Source of the DNA: Octopus vulgaris
Lineage: Eukaryota
NCBI GenBank assembly: GCA_951406725.2
Contig: OX597816.1
Span: 131,564,001-131,628,000, forward strand
Direction: 5' to 3'
Length of the DNA: 64,000 nt
Below are positions 39,582 through 53,194 of the stretch, in pieces. The number at the start of each line of letters is the position of its first letter. The stretch's first letter is position 1. The notes below the pieces were generated by a model that was not told the DNA's origin, did not search any database, and was given only the letters and a program-made list of their open reading frames with translations. The position numbers were made by a program, and so were the translations under genes.

Positions 39582-39880
39582 AGGGGCAAGCTGGGAGAAT
39601 TGTTTGCACATCAGGCAAAATTCTTTGTGGTATTACATCCATCTTTAGATTCTAAGTTCAAATCCTGCTGAGGTACTTAGTTTATTGACACTGAAAAATG
39701 AATCATCCTCAGTGGAATTTGAACTAATAACGCACATAAAGATGGATGAAATGCTGCTAAGCAGGCCAGCGGTTTCATCCTTTCAGGGTTGATGAAATAG
39801 ATACCAGTTAATCATGGGTCAATGTAATCAATTTGCCCCCTTCCCTGAACTGATGGCCTTGTGCCAAAATTTGAAACCAA
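39582..39880 (+). mobile_element. SINE-B containing an inverted SINE-B fragment
   Basis: Plus-strand head to ctgctgaggt, minus-strand piece ~39672-39770, then tttcatcctttcagggttgat resumes. Confidence 0.65.
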
Positions 39881-39883
39881 TAT

Positions 39884-39980
<97 letters not shown>

Positions 39981-40016
39981 TTTATGTATACACACACACA
40001 TACACAAAAACATATC

Positions 40017-40133
40017 CAAGGTGGACCATAATGATGGGATATATTTTAAATGCCAATATCTTGGATTATAAAAATGACATAGAGTATCACATATATGTAT
40101 TATGTAAATGTCCCATCATTATGGCCCACCCTC
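40017..40133. mobile_element. Small Tc1-like MITE
   Basis: TIRs caaggtggaccataatgatgggat / gtcccatcattatggcccaccctc. Confidence 0.7.
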
Positions 40134-41000
40134 TATATAAACGAAAGAAAGGTATTCTATTCCACAGTGGTAGAAATATAGGAAAAAGAAGTTGAAAATG
40201 TGCTGGGAGTCTTTTAGAAGATTTATTTTTAAGGGCGTAGCTGGTTTTACAGATTTTTCTGATTTTCAAAATCTATTGCAGTTAGACATTTGGATGCCTA
40301 ACTGCAATAGATCATCAGGGAAACATTTTATTGCATTCTGTTACAGAGATCTAATATCATAGCTCATAACAGTGTTACATACAGTGGTTGACTAACCACT
40401 ATATGGGAAACTGACTGCATGTGGAGCCCTAACTCATACAACAGTAGTCATACATTTAACTGTACCCACAAGATATACTTACATACATACATATATATAT
40501 ATATGGATGTATATACATATGTATACAAATATATACATATGCATACAAATGCATACACATGCATGTCCATGTACACACAAACACACACGCATACACACAA
40601 GCACATGCACACACACATACACACACACATACAGTATATATAGCAGGTAGTAATTTCAAGGAGATTTGGTTACTTTCTGTCTGGCAGATTAAATGACAAT
40701 ATAGGGGCTCATTCATTGGGCTTGTCATTGAGTGGTTGGTGGTAAGAGCTGTATGAATAATTATTTTAACAGATTGCAAATGTCCAACTTACTTTTTTTT
40801 TAAAAATTATCCCACCCATGCTAAAATGGAAAAAAATGGATGTAAAACATTCCCTTTTTTCTTTGTCAATATTGAGAAAAAGAACATAATACTCTAAACA
40901 AATTATAAAGTTTATTGAATTACTTATTATTATTGATGTTATTATTTCATATATGTGCAACATATTAGATTGTTGGAAAAAAATACCCTTATTATTATTA

Positions 41001-41047
<47 letters not shown>

Positions 41048-41453
41048 TTTATATGTCATAGTATTACTATTGTCTTATTTATAAAGGTAATAATTTTTCT
41101 GATCTTTGACTATTATTTTACTGCTGTTTCAGTGCAAAAACCCAAGAACTAAAGCTCCTGATATTTAATTGATTTCAGAAATTCAGTTCAGACGTCTTCT
41201 GTTTCTGTATGAATTCAGTTTAATATCCCTATGGGGTCATTTGATTGAAAAACAATTTCTCAGTTTGCGCTATTAAACAGAAACTTGATTTGATTAAAAC
41301 AGAAATGTTTCGTACTAAAGTTTATTGTCAGCATAAATTTGACAGGAATTACAAATGATATTTATTTTGCAAACATCTTGAAAACTTATTAGCAATTGCC
41401 TTTCTATTTCATATAGTTTTATTTATTTGTTTGTTCATTTATTTACATTTGAC

Positions 41454-41574
41454 AAGTGAGGTCCTAGTAAACAAAACTCAGTTTCTAGTTTGAGCTATTT
41501 TCATGATGATGATGATGATGATGATGAAAATAGCTCAAACTAGAACTTGAGTTTTGTTTACTAAGACCTTACTT
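41454..41574. repeat. Inverted duplication around (ATG)n
   Basis: ~50-bp arms aagtgaggtcctagtaaacaaaactca... / ...tgagttttgtttactaagaccttactt. Confidence 0.85.
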
Positions 41575-41747
41575 TGAGCTATTTTACTTTATTTATTTTG
41601 TTATAGAACATTTACATCTCCCACTTGCAGTACCTTGCTCTGATATCAGCAAAAAAAAAAAAGCAAATATTATTTTGATCACTTAGCTGGAAAAAAACAG
41701 CAGTACTCATTGCTACTATAGGGCTTCCAAGATTATTAGGACATAGG

Positions 41748-41974
41748 TACTCTTTACTCTTTTACTTGTTTCAGTCATTTGATTGTGGTCATGCTGGAGC
41801 ACCACCTTTAGTTGAGCAAATCGACCCCAGGACTTATTCTTTGTAAGCCTAGTACTTATTCTATCAGTCTCTTTTGCCGAACTGCTAAGTCAAGAGGACG
41901 TAAACACACTAGCATCAGTTGTCAAGTGATGTTGGGGGACAAACACAGACACATAAACAAATACACACACATAC

Positions 41975-42013
<39 letters not shown>

Positions 42014-42180
42014 TATACGATGGGCTTCTTTCAGTTTCTGTCTACCAAATCCACTCACAAGGCTTTGGTCGGCCCGAGGCTATAGTAGAAGACACTTGCA
42101 CAAGATGCCACGCAGTGGGACTGAAGCTGGAACCATGTGGTTCGTAAGCAAGCTACCTACTACACATCCACTCCTATGCC
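41748..42180 (-). mobile_element. Full-length SINE-A
   Basis: Head, internal (TA)n, tail; probable TSD acatagg / atgtagg. Confidence 0.92.
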
Positions 42181-43417
42181 TATGTAGGGAGGGAGGGGAA
42201 AAAGTATTGCCATGTCAGAAACCTAGTCTGTATGCTTGTAACAGAGTGGACTCTGCTAAAAGTACCCAAGGGTCAGTGGGAGATGTTAAACTGTGACAAA
42301 TTAAGTCCTTCACCTAAATAGGCCATGGTAGGACTTGAACTCAGAACACAAAGAAGTAGAGCAAATACCACAAGGCATCCCATCTGATATTTTTAACAAT
42401 TGTACCAGTTTATGGTAGTAAACTGGTACTTTATTTATCAAAACTGGGAGGATGAAAAGCAAAGCTGACCTCAGTGGGGTTTGAAATCAGAATGTAAGGA
42501 GCTGGAATAAATACTGCAAAGCATTTCATCCAGTTCTCTAACAACTCAGCCAATTTGCTATCTTTACTTTATAAATTGACCAAAGTAGACCCAGGAAGGG
42601 AATTGATAGATGTTATTACCAGAAATGTAGCACAACTGACAGGATTAATAATATATGTGCTTTTGGTATCCTTGAACAACAAGGCTGAACATCTCTCCCT
42701 TTGCTTCCAAGGCCTCTGTCACTCATCATCTAATGATAGAGAACAACAACAGTGAAAGAAGAGAACAGTCCTTGTTGCTTTGTATTGGAATATCTATTTG
42801 ACTTTTTTTTTTCTTTTAACTGGTTTCAACCTCTGAGCTGTGGCAATACTAGGGTTTTTAGTCAATTATATCCACCTCAGTACTTTGGAATTTGTTTTAT
42901 CATGCTCTTTTTATTGAATGTTTTATTCTTCTCTTGACATAAAGGATGAGACTCACACATTCTATGCAATGATTGTCATTTTGAACAAGTTATGTTGTTA
43001 ACATACAAAGTTTCTCTGAAACAAAATATTATAGGCAACATTGATCTATATTCGCATATACATTATAAATGTTGCACACTTTTAATCTAATGCTTTTTCA
43101 AATGCCTATATTGATTTAAATTGAGCCTGGCCAGCTTCCACACAAATCAGTGAACGTTTTGTTCACTGATTTTTAAGCTGGAATAAATGTTCTGACTTAG
43201 CCCAGAATGACTAGGGATGTTTATCACTGAAGAGACTAAATAAAGTTGAAACTCAGGTGTCTGAATACTGACTGATGTCATTCTGAGCATTATGTGCTTG
43301 TAACAAGCAAAGACCCTTAAGAGAGGTTTCTCTGAGACAAACTATTTCATCTAGCATTGTTCAATATTTGCATGTATCGATTATAAATGTTACACACATT
43401 GTCATCTATACTTGTTG

Positions 43418-43453
<36 letters not shown>

Positions 43454-43457
43454 GCAA

Positions 43458-44197
43458 AATGACCGAATGCATCAAGCTGAGATTGCATCAGGTTTTGCCA
43501 AAAGCTTGGTGATACTCAAGTTCAAACCATCCAGAAAATTCAGCAGACTTTTGGTGATGATGCCTTGGGCAAAACTCAGATTAAGGAGTAGTACAAATGC
43601 TTCAAACATGGCGGCATTTCAGTAGAGAGTGAGGAATGCTCAGGCAAGCCATCCACAAACTGAAACAATGAGCCAATTGAGAAGGTTTGGTGAATAGTCA
43701 TAGAAGACCATTGTGTAACAATCTAGGAAATTACTCACGAAATGGGAATAAGCACAGGAGAGTGCATCCCATTTTAATGGAAGATTTGTGCAAGCAGAAA
43801 GTGTCAGCAAAAAGAGTAACGTTAGATAGTCTTTGAATGCACCTCGTAATCCAAGCATTTATGTTCAAAAATAATGCACTATTTGTTTGGCAGGCTCCCT
43901 ACTCCTCTGACTTGGCACCATGTGACTTTTGACTTCTGGTCCTTCTCCAATCTGAAAACCATTCTGAAAGGGAAGTGATTTGAGTTGTGAGGGGAAATAA
44001 TGAGAAAAACACCAGCAGAAGTCCATAGCATTCACGAGAATGTGTTCCAAACTCATTACTGGCATTGGCAGAACCACTAGGAGAAATGTGTGAACTTCCA
44101 AGGAGAATATTTTGAAGGTGATTAAATAAAATTTGTGAAATGTACAAAACTAAAGTATCTAACCTAAAGGTTAGATACTTTTTGAACACACCATGTA
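43458..44197 (+). mobile_element. Mariner relic, internally deleted
   Basis: CIRFCQKLGDTQVQTIQKIQQTFGDDAL...SGKPST; APYSSDLAPCDF; QGEYFEGD*; terminus tactttttgaacacaccatgta. Confidence 0.88.
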
Positions 44198-44503
44198 CTG
44201 TGTGTCTCCTCAGTCAAAGCTAACCTCCACCGCCCAATCAATGAATCTAACAATAGTATTGAGTCTTGTTTATAGAAATCACTAAACAAATTATTTATTG
44301 ATGCATGTTGATGTCCACCATATTGATAATAATTCCTGAGGTGCATGTAAAATAGTGGGTATCCAAGCAAGAACTTATTTATTCATTCTCAAAAAGCTTT
44401 TATATGTATATACTCATGTACTGAATTTTAATTCTTCTGTTTGTTCAATCAAACCTTTACACACACATGCATGCACACATATACACGCACACACATACAT
44501 GTG

Positions 44504-44581
<78 letters not shown>

Positions 44582-44659
44582 TATATATACACACATACAC
44601 ATGATAACATGATATCAATACATATGTATATGTATATATATGTACATAGGCTACATAGG

Positions 44660-45016
44660 CACATGGAAAGAATGGCATTGCTGTATGGTTAAGAAGCTTG
44701 TTTCCCAACCATATGGCTTCATATTCAGTCTCATGGTATGACTTCTTGGGTAACTCTCTTCAAGTTGTAAGTGAATTTTGTAGATGGAAACTGAGAGAAG
44801 CTTATTGTATGTAAGTCTATATATATATAACAATGATGACATACATATATACATAAAGTATATTTGCTGTGTAGTAAGAAGGTCGCTTCCCAACCACATG
44901 GTTCTGGGTTTAGTCCCACTGTATGACACTTTGGGTAAGTGTTTTCTACTATAGCCTTGGGCTGACAAAGCTTTGTGAGTGGATTAGATAGATGAAAACT
45001 GTAAAAAGCCCATTTC
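44660..45016 (+). mobile_element. Two SINE-A heads
   Basis: ggttaagaagcttgtttcccaaccatatgg and gtaagaaggtcgcttcccaaccacatggttctgggtttagtccc. Confidence 0.8.
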
Positions 45017-45029
45017 ATATATATATATG

Positions 45030-46304
45030 TTAGGTTGTCTGGAAGGTTCTGAGTGTTTTTAAGCTAAATCTTTTAATGTTTTAATGTAACACAGTTAAAA
45101 CTTTGCTGTTGCTTGAAGTGATAGTGCATCTCTTCTTTGCTTTTGACTAAAAAATAGATCTATCTTTCATTGTGGTTACCCTTTATTAACATTTGAAGTG
45201 GATAGCCAAGCATTTCATATTCACATTGTAATGCTTTTCTTTTTCAAAAAAAAGGAGAAAATGCTACAATAATTTGCAAAAACATTTGTGAAGTTTATGG
45301 TAATGATACTGCAGATGAGTCAAATGTTTGAAGGCAGTTTGCAAAATTTAAAGCTGGAGAGTTTAGCTTGGAAGATGACAGTCATGGTGGAAAACCTTCA
45401 AAATTGGATGAAAATGGTTTGAAGGCAAAAATCAAAGAAAACTCAAATATCACAACTAGAGAACTTGCAGAGGATCTGGAAGTTTCTAAAAGTACGGCTC
45501 ATGAATACCTAGTGAAGCTAGGATATATTTCTCACTATAATGTATGGGTTCTTCACAAACACTTAGAAAAGAATTGCTTGGATTGGTATTCTATTTGTGA
45601 TATACTTTTTAAATGGAATGAAAGTATAGCTTTTTTTGAAACAATTTGTGACTGGAGATAAGAAACAGATTGTGTACAAAAACATAGTGTGAAAAAGATC
45701 CTAGAGTTTGCATAAGGATCCTCCAAAACAGCAACCAAAGATGAATGTCCATGCCAAAAAAAGCTATGCTTTGTGTATAGTGGGATCATAAAGGCATTAT
45801 GTATTATGAGCTTCTCCCACAAAACCAGACCATTAATTCTGATGTGTACTGTTGTCAGCTGGCTAATTTGAACCCGAAAATCAAAGAATTGGGGCCAGAG
45901 ATTGCCAGCAGGAAAGAGGTAATGTTCCGACCAGACAATACCTGGCCACATGTGTCTTTGGCTATCTGAACAAAGTTACATGAACTTGGTTAGGATCTCT
46001 TAACCCATCCACCATATTCTCTTGATATTGTGCCATCCAGCTACCACTTTTTTTTGTCTCTACAGAACTCATCACAAAGAAAAACATTTAACGATTTAGA
46101 TGAAGTCAAACTGCATCTAGATAACTTTTTCCTTCAAAACTAGTCAAATTTTATGCTGATGGAATATTTAAATTGCCTGATAGATGGGCAAAGATCATTT
46201 ATAGTTATGGAAATTATTTCATTGAATAAAATTTATTGAGAGGTCAATTATTTTTTATACCCCTTTTTGCAAATTAAAATAATGCTCAGAACTTTTGAGA
46301 TAAC

Positions 46305-46308
<4 letters not shown>
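45030..46308 (+). mobile_element. Full-length defective mariner (~1.28 kb)
   Basis: TIRs ttaggttgtctggaaggttctgag / ctcagaacttttgagataacctaa in TA context; WVLHKH (WVPHEL), VTGDKK, DNTWPH, HPPYSLDIVPSSY; multiple stops and frameshifts. Confidence 0.93.
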
Positions 46309-46344
<36 letters not shown>

Positions 46345-46348
<4 letters not shown>

Positions 46349-46514
46349 AATTAGAAAAAAACCCCACCTTTTATCAATTGAATAATGAAAAATTAAATTA
46401 TACCATTTAGAAAAATTACATATTATAAAAAGATTAAATATAAGATAAAACATATAACAATGATTAAGTAATGTGCAAAATAGTATAATAATACAAATAA
46501 TATTCCCTCATATT
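46345..46514. mobile_element. Single arm of the fold-back family at 61472-61866
   Basis: ttagaaaa..ccaccttttatcaatt.aataatgaaaaattaaattat.ccatttagaaaaattac shared with 61565-61690. Confidence 0.75.
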
Positions 46515-46525
46515 ATTATTATTAT

Positions 46526-46557
<32 letters not shown>

Positions 46558-47134
46558 TGTATGTATGTATGTATGTATATCTATGTGTGTATCGTTCTGT
46601 CTGTTTGTCCCCTCATTACTGCTTGACAACTGATATTGGTGAGTTTGCATCCCCATAACTTAGCAGTTTGTCAAAAGAGACCAATGGGATCAATTCATTC
46701 AACTAAAAATTCAAGGCCATGCCTCAGCATGGTCACTGAAACAAGTAAGAGATAATAAAAGACAAGAGAAAAGACACACACACATACATCCGTATAAATT
46801 TTTATATGTGGGTGTGTATGTATATGTGTGGAGGGGTGTACCCATATCTTAACATCATACAAGTAATGTCATTCATTTCCAATCTTAAGCAAAAAATGTC
46901 TGTACATGGAGAAATAATGCTTTCTCTTGGAAACATTTGAGGGTCGATGACAGGAATAACATCCAGCTGTAGAAAATCTGCCTCAACAAATTCTATTTGA
47001 CCCATGCAAGCATTGAAAAGTAGATGTTAAAAGATGGTGATGATGATGGTGGTGGTGTTGGTGATGATGTGTGTGTGTGTATGAGTATATATAGATATAT
47101 GAAAAAAATGAATGAATAACTATGCATATATATG

Positions 47135-47330
<196 letters not shown>

Positions 47331-47820
47331 TATAAGAGCACACACACACATACACACAAATATATATAAATAAATACAATAAGATATTATGACATATCAC
47401 TATATTAAAAAAGATATATTTAATACATTATAATATACATGTGTGTGTGTGTGTGTGTGTGCGTGTGTGCATGTGTGTGTGTATTTCTGTTCTATTTACT
47501 AATAAAAACTTTTTTTCTTGTTGGTTGAAATTTTATATTTGTGGCAGTTTCTAATTTACTTCCTAAAGTAATCCTGAAAGCTCTTGCCAAGCCAACGTAA
47601 GCATCACTGATATCAAGATCTGAAAAGTAAAAGTAAAAACTGCAACAAATATGAAATTTCAGTCAACTATAAATATTTTGTATTTGCCAACAAGAAAAAC
47701 AGAGTGCTTGCACATACTCTTTCTTTCTCTCTCTCTCTCTCTCTCTCACTCACTCATATTCCCCGCCCCCCGTCACATACAAGTAAAATATGTATAAACA
47801 CACAAGTGTGGCTATGTGGT

Positions 47821-48390
47821 GCCACTGGAGGAGGAATTTTTGGTCCTCTTCCACAAGGGAGGAACTTTGCAAAATGAATTCAAAATAATTGAAAGGAAGT
47901 GCCGGTGGGAGGGGCTTATGTCCTACACGGAGGACCCTGAGTGGCTGCGGAGGTCATATGGGAGACCGATTTGTGCAGGATAACAAACTCCTTCCCGAAG
48001 GACTCCTTCAGATTTATGTTGAAACCTTTAAGTTCGGAACAGACCAGGTGCTTCGATGAAGCGAGGAGCCTGGTCGGCCGGAAAAATTAAAGAGGTGTAT
48101 TACCTCAAAAAGAGACTAAAAATGTAAAAAGTGAGAGGATTATTGCCTCGTGTTTGTGTTTTATTTTTAATTTTGAACTGTGTTAGAGGTTTATTGCCTC
48201 ATTGTGTTTTTTTAAAAAAAAAAAAGAAAAAAAGAACAATGATTTAGGGAAGTGAAAGTTGGTGGGCGCTTTTCGTCTTCTCCCATCCTTATCATCCTTA
48301 TATCATCATCTTTCATCCCATTAATGTCTCTGTCTAGCCCTCAAGCTTCTCTCTGTGTGCTGCCCTTGTGGCAAATTTAATGAAATGAAA
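47821..48390 (+). mobile_element. Non-LTR (probably L1/Tx1-related) 3' fragment inserted in a SINE-A head
   Basis: SINE-A gtggctatgtggt (47808-47820) resumes as taaagaagtttggctcccaacc at ~48391; insert ends cccttgtggcaa...gaaatgaaa, like the SINE-B and 53195-53545 tails. Confidence 0.65.
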
Positions 48391-48534
48391 TAAAGAAGTT
48401 TGGCTCCCAACCACATAGTTTTGGGTTCAGTTCCACTGTGTGGCAACTTGGGCAAGTGTCTTCTGCTATAGTCCTGGGTTAACCGAAGCACTGTGGGTGG
48501 ATTTGGTAGGCAGAAACTGAAAATAGATCATTGT

Positions 48535-48725
48535 ATATCATCATTTTCATTTAACGTCCGTTTTCCATGCTGGCATGGGTTGGACAGTTTGACTGGGTTC
48601 TGGGAAGCCAGGAGGCTTCACCAGGGCCCAATCTGATCTGGCAGTGTTTCTACAGCTGGATGCCCTTCCTGATGCCAACCACTCTGAGAGTGTAGTGGGT
48701 GCTTTTTATGTGCCACCAGCACAAG
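48535..48725 (-). mobile_element. RTE 3' end
   Basis: tttaacgtccgttttccatgctggcatgggttggac...ggatgcccttcctgatgccaacc. Confidence 0.88.
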
Positions 48726-49054
48726 GATATATGTGTATATATATATAAATATTCATATATATACACAAAGCAGATGTACACAAAATATATCATTGGTAGA
48801 AATAGCAGCTGGTAAGCTATCGGTGCGATGTAGACCTTCATTGAATGTTTACAGGCAGGTGTTGAATATAGGAAAATTCTGTCTACCTCTACGGAGACCA
48901 TAAGAAGAATGAAAGATAATTCAATACTGTAGTTTCAAACATTTTGGATCACATGCATGATGCAAATCCAATTGGTTATCTTTAGTTGAATCTATCATTG
49001 ATGACCAAATTTTAAAATATCTACTACATCTCTGCCTATTTACTTGGCTGAATC

Positions 49055-49227
49055 AGCCCCAGTTCTTATTTTTTAAAGTTAGGTACTTATTCTATTGGTC
49101 TCTTTTGCCAAACTGATAGGTTGCAGGGATGTAAACACACCAATACAGCTTAAGTGGTGGTGGTGGGCAAACACCTTGATAAACACATACATATGCATAT
49201 ACATACACACATACATATGTGTGTGTG

Positions 49228-49269
<42 letters not shown>

Positions 49270-50068
49270 TATCCGGCTTCTTTCAGTTTCCTTTTACCAA
49301 ATCTACTCACAAGGCTTTGATCAACCAGCAGCTATAGTAGAAGACACTTGCCCAAAATGCTATGCTGTGGGACTGAATTTGAAGCCATATGGTTAGAAAC
49401 AAACTTCTTATTTCTTTATTGCCCTCAAGGGGCTAAATATAGAGGGGACAAACAAGGACAGACAAAGGGATTAAGTCGATTACATCAACCCCAGTGCATA
49501 ACTGGTACTTAATTTATTGACCCCAAGAGGATGAAAGACAAAGTCGACCTCGGTGGAATATGAACTCAGAACGCAACGGAAGAAAAAGTACCTATTTCTT
49601 TACTACCCACAAGAGGGGACAAACAAGGACAGACAAGCGGATTAAGTCGATTACATCAACCCCAGTGTGTAACTGCTACTTAATTTATCGACCCTGAAAG
49701 GTTGAAAGGCAAAGTCGACCTCGGCGGAATTTGAACTCAGAACATAATGGCAGACAAAATACTGCTAAGCATTTGCCCGGCGTGCTAACATTTCTGCCAG
49801 CTTGCCGCCTTTTCTTTATTGCCCACAAGGGGCTACACATAGGGAATCAAATAAGGACAGACAAAGGGATTAAGTCGATTACATCGACCCCAGTGCATAA
49901 CTGGTACTTAATTTATCAACCCCAAAAGGATGAAAGGCAAAGCCGACCTCAGCGGAATTTGAACTCAGAACGTAGCAACAGACAAAATACCGCTAAGCCT
50001 TTCGCCCAGCGTGCTAACGTTTCTGCCAGCTCGCTGCCCTAAACAAACTTCTTACCACATCTGCACCT
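49055..50068 (-). mobile_element. SINE-A split by a SINE-B trimer
   Basis: Body 49055-49410, head end 50041-50068. Confidence 0.8.
49411..50040 (-). mobile_element. SINE-B trimer with a single 14-bp TSD
   Basis: Three tandem units of ~180-230 bp; aaacaaacttctta at 49397-49410 and 50041-50054. Confidence 0.9.
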
Positions 50069-50081
50069 ATATATATATATA

Positions 50082-50184
<103 letters not shown>

Positions 50185-50609
50185 GCCTCGTATTGCATAT
50201 TATTTCTCCATACAGGGGTTTTTTTTCAATGGCGGCCCATTTTCGCGGGGTTCCACTTATTCCCTTCTCTCTCTCCCTCTTTTACGTTGTCTGCCATCCC
50301 CCCTTCCATTGCTAAGAGCATTTTTAAGCCAGCCCGTCAGTTCAACCTTCGCATATTCCCGGTGCACCCGCCCTTGCCCACCCCCACCACCAATACCGGA
50401 TATCTCTATATTTTGCTCCATCTATACCGGATGTCGCTTCTCCCACCACCATTATAGGTGTCTACTCCTCGAACCCCCCTCTTCAACACGCTATTTCACC
50501 ATGCATTACCCCTCTCTTGATATCCTATGTTCTACTTGCCTAGAACCTGTCATCATTTCTCTGAACCACCCCTCCCCACTGGTGCTCCCCTATATATTTC
50601 TGCACCCCC

Positions 50610-50860
50610 CCCACATAAAAAGCACCATCTGAACGTGGCCGATGCCAGACCCCTCTGGCACCTGTGCAGGTGGCACATAAAAAACACCCACTACACTTGC
50701 GGAGTGGTTGGCGTTAGGAAGGGCATCCAGCTGTAGAAACACTGCCAGACTAGACTGGAGCCTGGGGCAGTCCCTAGCTCCCCAGACCCCGGTCGAAACC
50801 GTCCAACCCGTGCTAGCGCGGAAAACGGACGTTAAACGATGATGATGATGATGATGATGA
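50610..50860 (+). mobile_element. RTE 3' end, CpG-rich copy
   Basis: ggtggcacataaaaaacacc...ggttggcgttaggaagggcatcc...ggacgttaaac(gat)n. Confidence 0.9.
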
Positions 50861-50897
50861 TATATATATATATATATACATATATATATGTATATAT

Positions 50898-50957
<60 letters not shown>

Positions 50958-51086
50958 TAATTGTTATCGCCATATTAATATGGCATTCTTATAGATATAA
51001 GAATAATCGCTGCCGCTGGTCAGCTCCATGAGGCCACCGCCATCAAGTTAGCTATTGATACACGATCTGTATCCATTTAATATTTC

Positions 51087-51129
<43 letters not shown>

Positions 51130-51159
51130 CATACATACATACATACATACATACATACA

Positions 51160-51207
<48 letters not shown>

Positions 51208-51289
51208 GGACCACATGAATTTGTAGCCAGATGGTTAATTTGTAGCCAAATGGTTAATCTATAGCAAGTAACTGAGTTGCTTCATCCTG

Positions 51290-51435
51290 ATGGGTGCAAA
51301 GGTAGTCCTACTATTGAATTCTGTTAATAGCGTAAAGTTTGTGCTGTTGGAAATATTCGACTTTCTTCAAGTCACAATGATACAACACCAATGCCTCACA
51401 GCCATAGAGGAGTGTGGAAAAGATGACAGCCCTCC
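51290..51435 (-). mobile_element. Old RTE (BovB-like) ORF fragment
   Basis: Minus-strand translation AVIFSTLLYGCEALVLYHCDLKKVEYFQQHKLYAINRIQ. Confidence 0.65.
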
Positions 51436-51699
51436 ATCACACACTCACAGTACATGCACATTTGTATACAGTAGTAACTTGACAACACAAATGTGCATAC
51501 TTAGCAATGGATGTAGCAACATAAGACAAATATGAGGAAAATTCAAATCGTTTAGAGTAGAACTCATACAAGTGTGTTTGGTAATTGAGGGTTTGAAGGT
51601 CTGTTACTTAGTATGGAACACAGGGCATTAAGAGAGTGAGGAGAAGAAGAGCCATCTTCAATACTGTGGAGGCAGCAGAGACAGGTAAAAGGGTAAGGG

Positions 51700-52032
51700 T
51701 AAAGGCCTCCTTCGGTCATGAATAACCATAAGATTGTACCTAGAAAGTTACTCTCTTCGGTACAAGTTTGGTCAAGGATGTTTTTGTGGGAGACCAGCAG
51801 TTGCCCATACTTACCAGTCTCCTCCCTCCATGCCACCGATGTTATCCAAGGGAAAGGCAAAGGCTGATACAGCTTGGCACCAGTGATGTCGCAACTCATT
51901 ACTACAGCTGAGTGAACTGGAGCAACATGAAATAAAGTTCTTGCTCAAGAACACAACATACAGCCCAGTCCAGGAATGAAACTCACTACCACATAATTGT
52001 GAGTCTGATGCTTTAACCACCGAACCATGCGA
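51700..52032 (-). mobile_element. SINE-C copy
   Basis: Reverse complement of 28889-29195. Confidence 0.85.
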
Positions 52033-52735
52033 GAAGACATCTAAAATGGGTCTGGTTTCAAGGATAGTTGGGGCAGGATGACAGATGTCAATTGAATGTC
52101 ACTTGGGTGGAAGCTATAGTATGATCGGTCTCAGATGGTTCATCTTGATGACAGTGGATGTTACTAAGTCTGGAACATCCAATGACTCCAGGATATAATG
52201 TTAATTGATGATACATCTAAGTATATGCATCTATAGCTGTACAGAAAACAAGAGGACATAGAAAGTTTGATGAATATGTTTTGACAAAAGGTTAAAGAAT
52301 AGAAAACTAAATCAATGCAATTGTTATTTGACATTACCTTAATGGGCTATAGATTTCATATACATATATACATGCATACATACATAAATACATACATACA
52401 TACAGCCAGACAGACAGACAGATAGACATGTATGTGTGTGTGTATATACATGCACACACACACATACATACACACACATACATACATACCCAAATACAAG
52501 TACACACACAACCCCATACAAACATATGCATAAATCCCAAGAGCAGAACAGGATCATTTCCACTTCTAAACCATTTATTACATCTGTCTATAATATTTTA
52601 GATATCTCTTTAATATACACGGACTATCTTATCACTGCTGTCTTTTCACATCGAGTTAAAAACAAATCATAGTCAAGGATATTTAAAAGATAGATTTTCA
52701 ACATCATCTTTGATAAAGAGTTCTTCAGTAGAGCC

Positions 52736-52773
<38 letters not shown>

Positions 52774-53194
52774 GACAAGACAAAGAGTGTGATGTGATAG
52801 CAATAGCTATTTTATTGGTTGAACAATATTTCAACAGCAAGGTTGTCTTTGTCAAGTTCAAAATAGAAAGTGTACCATTTGAATGGTACAAAATCCATTG
52901 ACCCAGGATTGGACTCAACACTGAGTCTAGTGAAACTGACAGGGCTGACAAGCCAATTGTAAGAAGGAATAAAACGCAAAAGCTGTAATTTAAATTACAA
53001 TTTTCCTTAGACACCTGGCTTCTTTGGTAACTTCCAGAATTTCTAAATGTCCCAATTCTCATTCAGTGTACCGTAAAATCAATCATCTTCTCAATCTACT
53101 TGATTTTGATATTTTAAAAGGACTGACTTAACTCTTCACAAAAGTAAACAGACAAGATGAAGAGCAGGATAGCAGTAGATATTTTATTGGTTGA

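Noticed and set aside
45200-46228. Active or domesticated mariner transposase
   Set aside because: Multiple stops, frameshifts and mutated catalytic motifs
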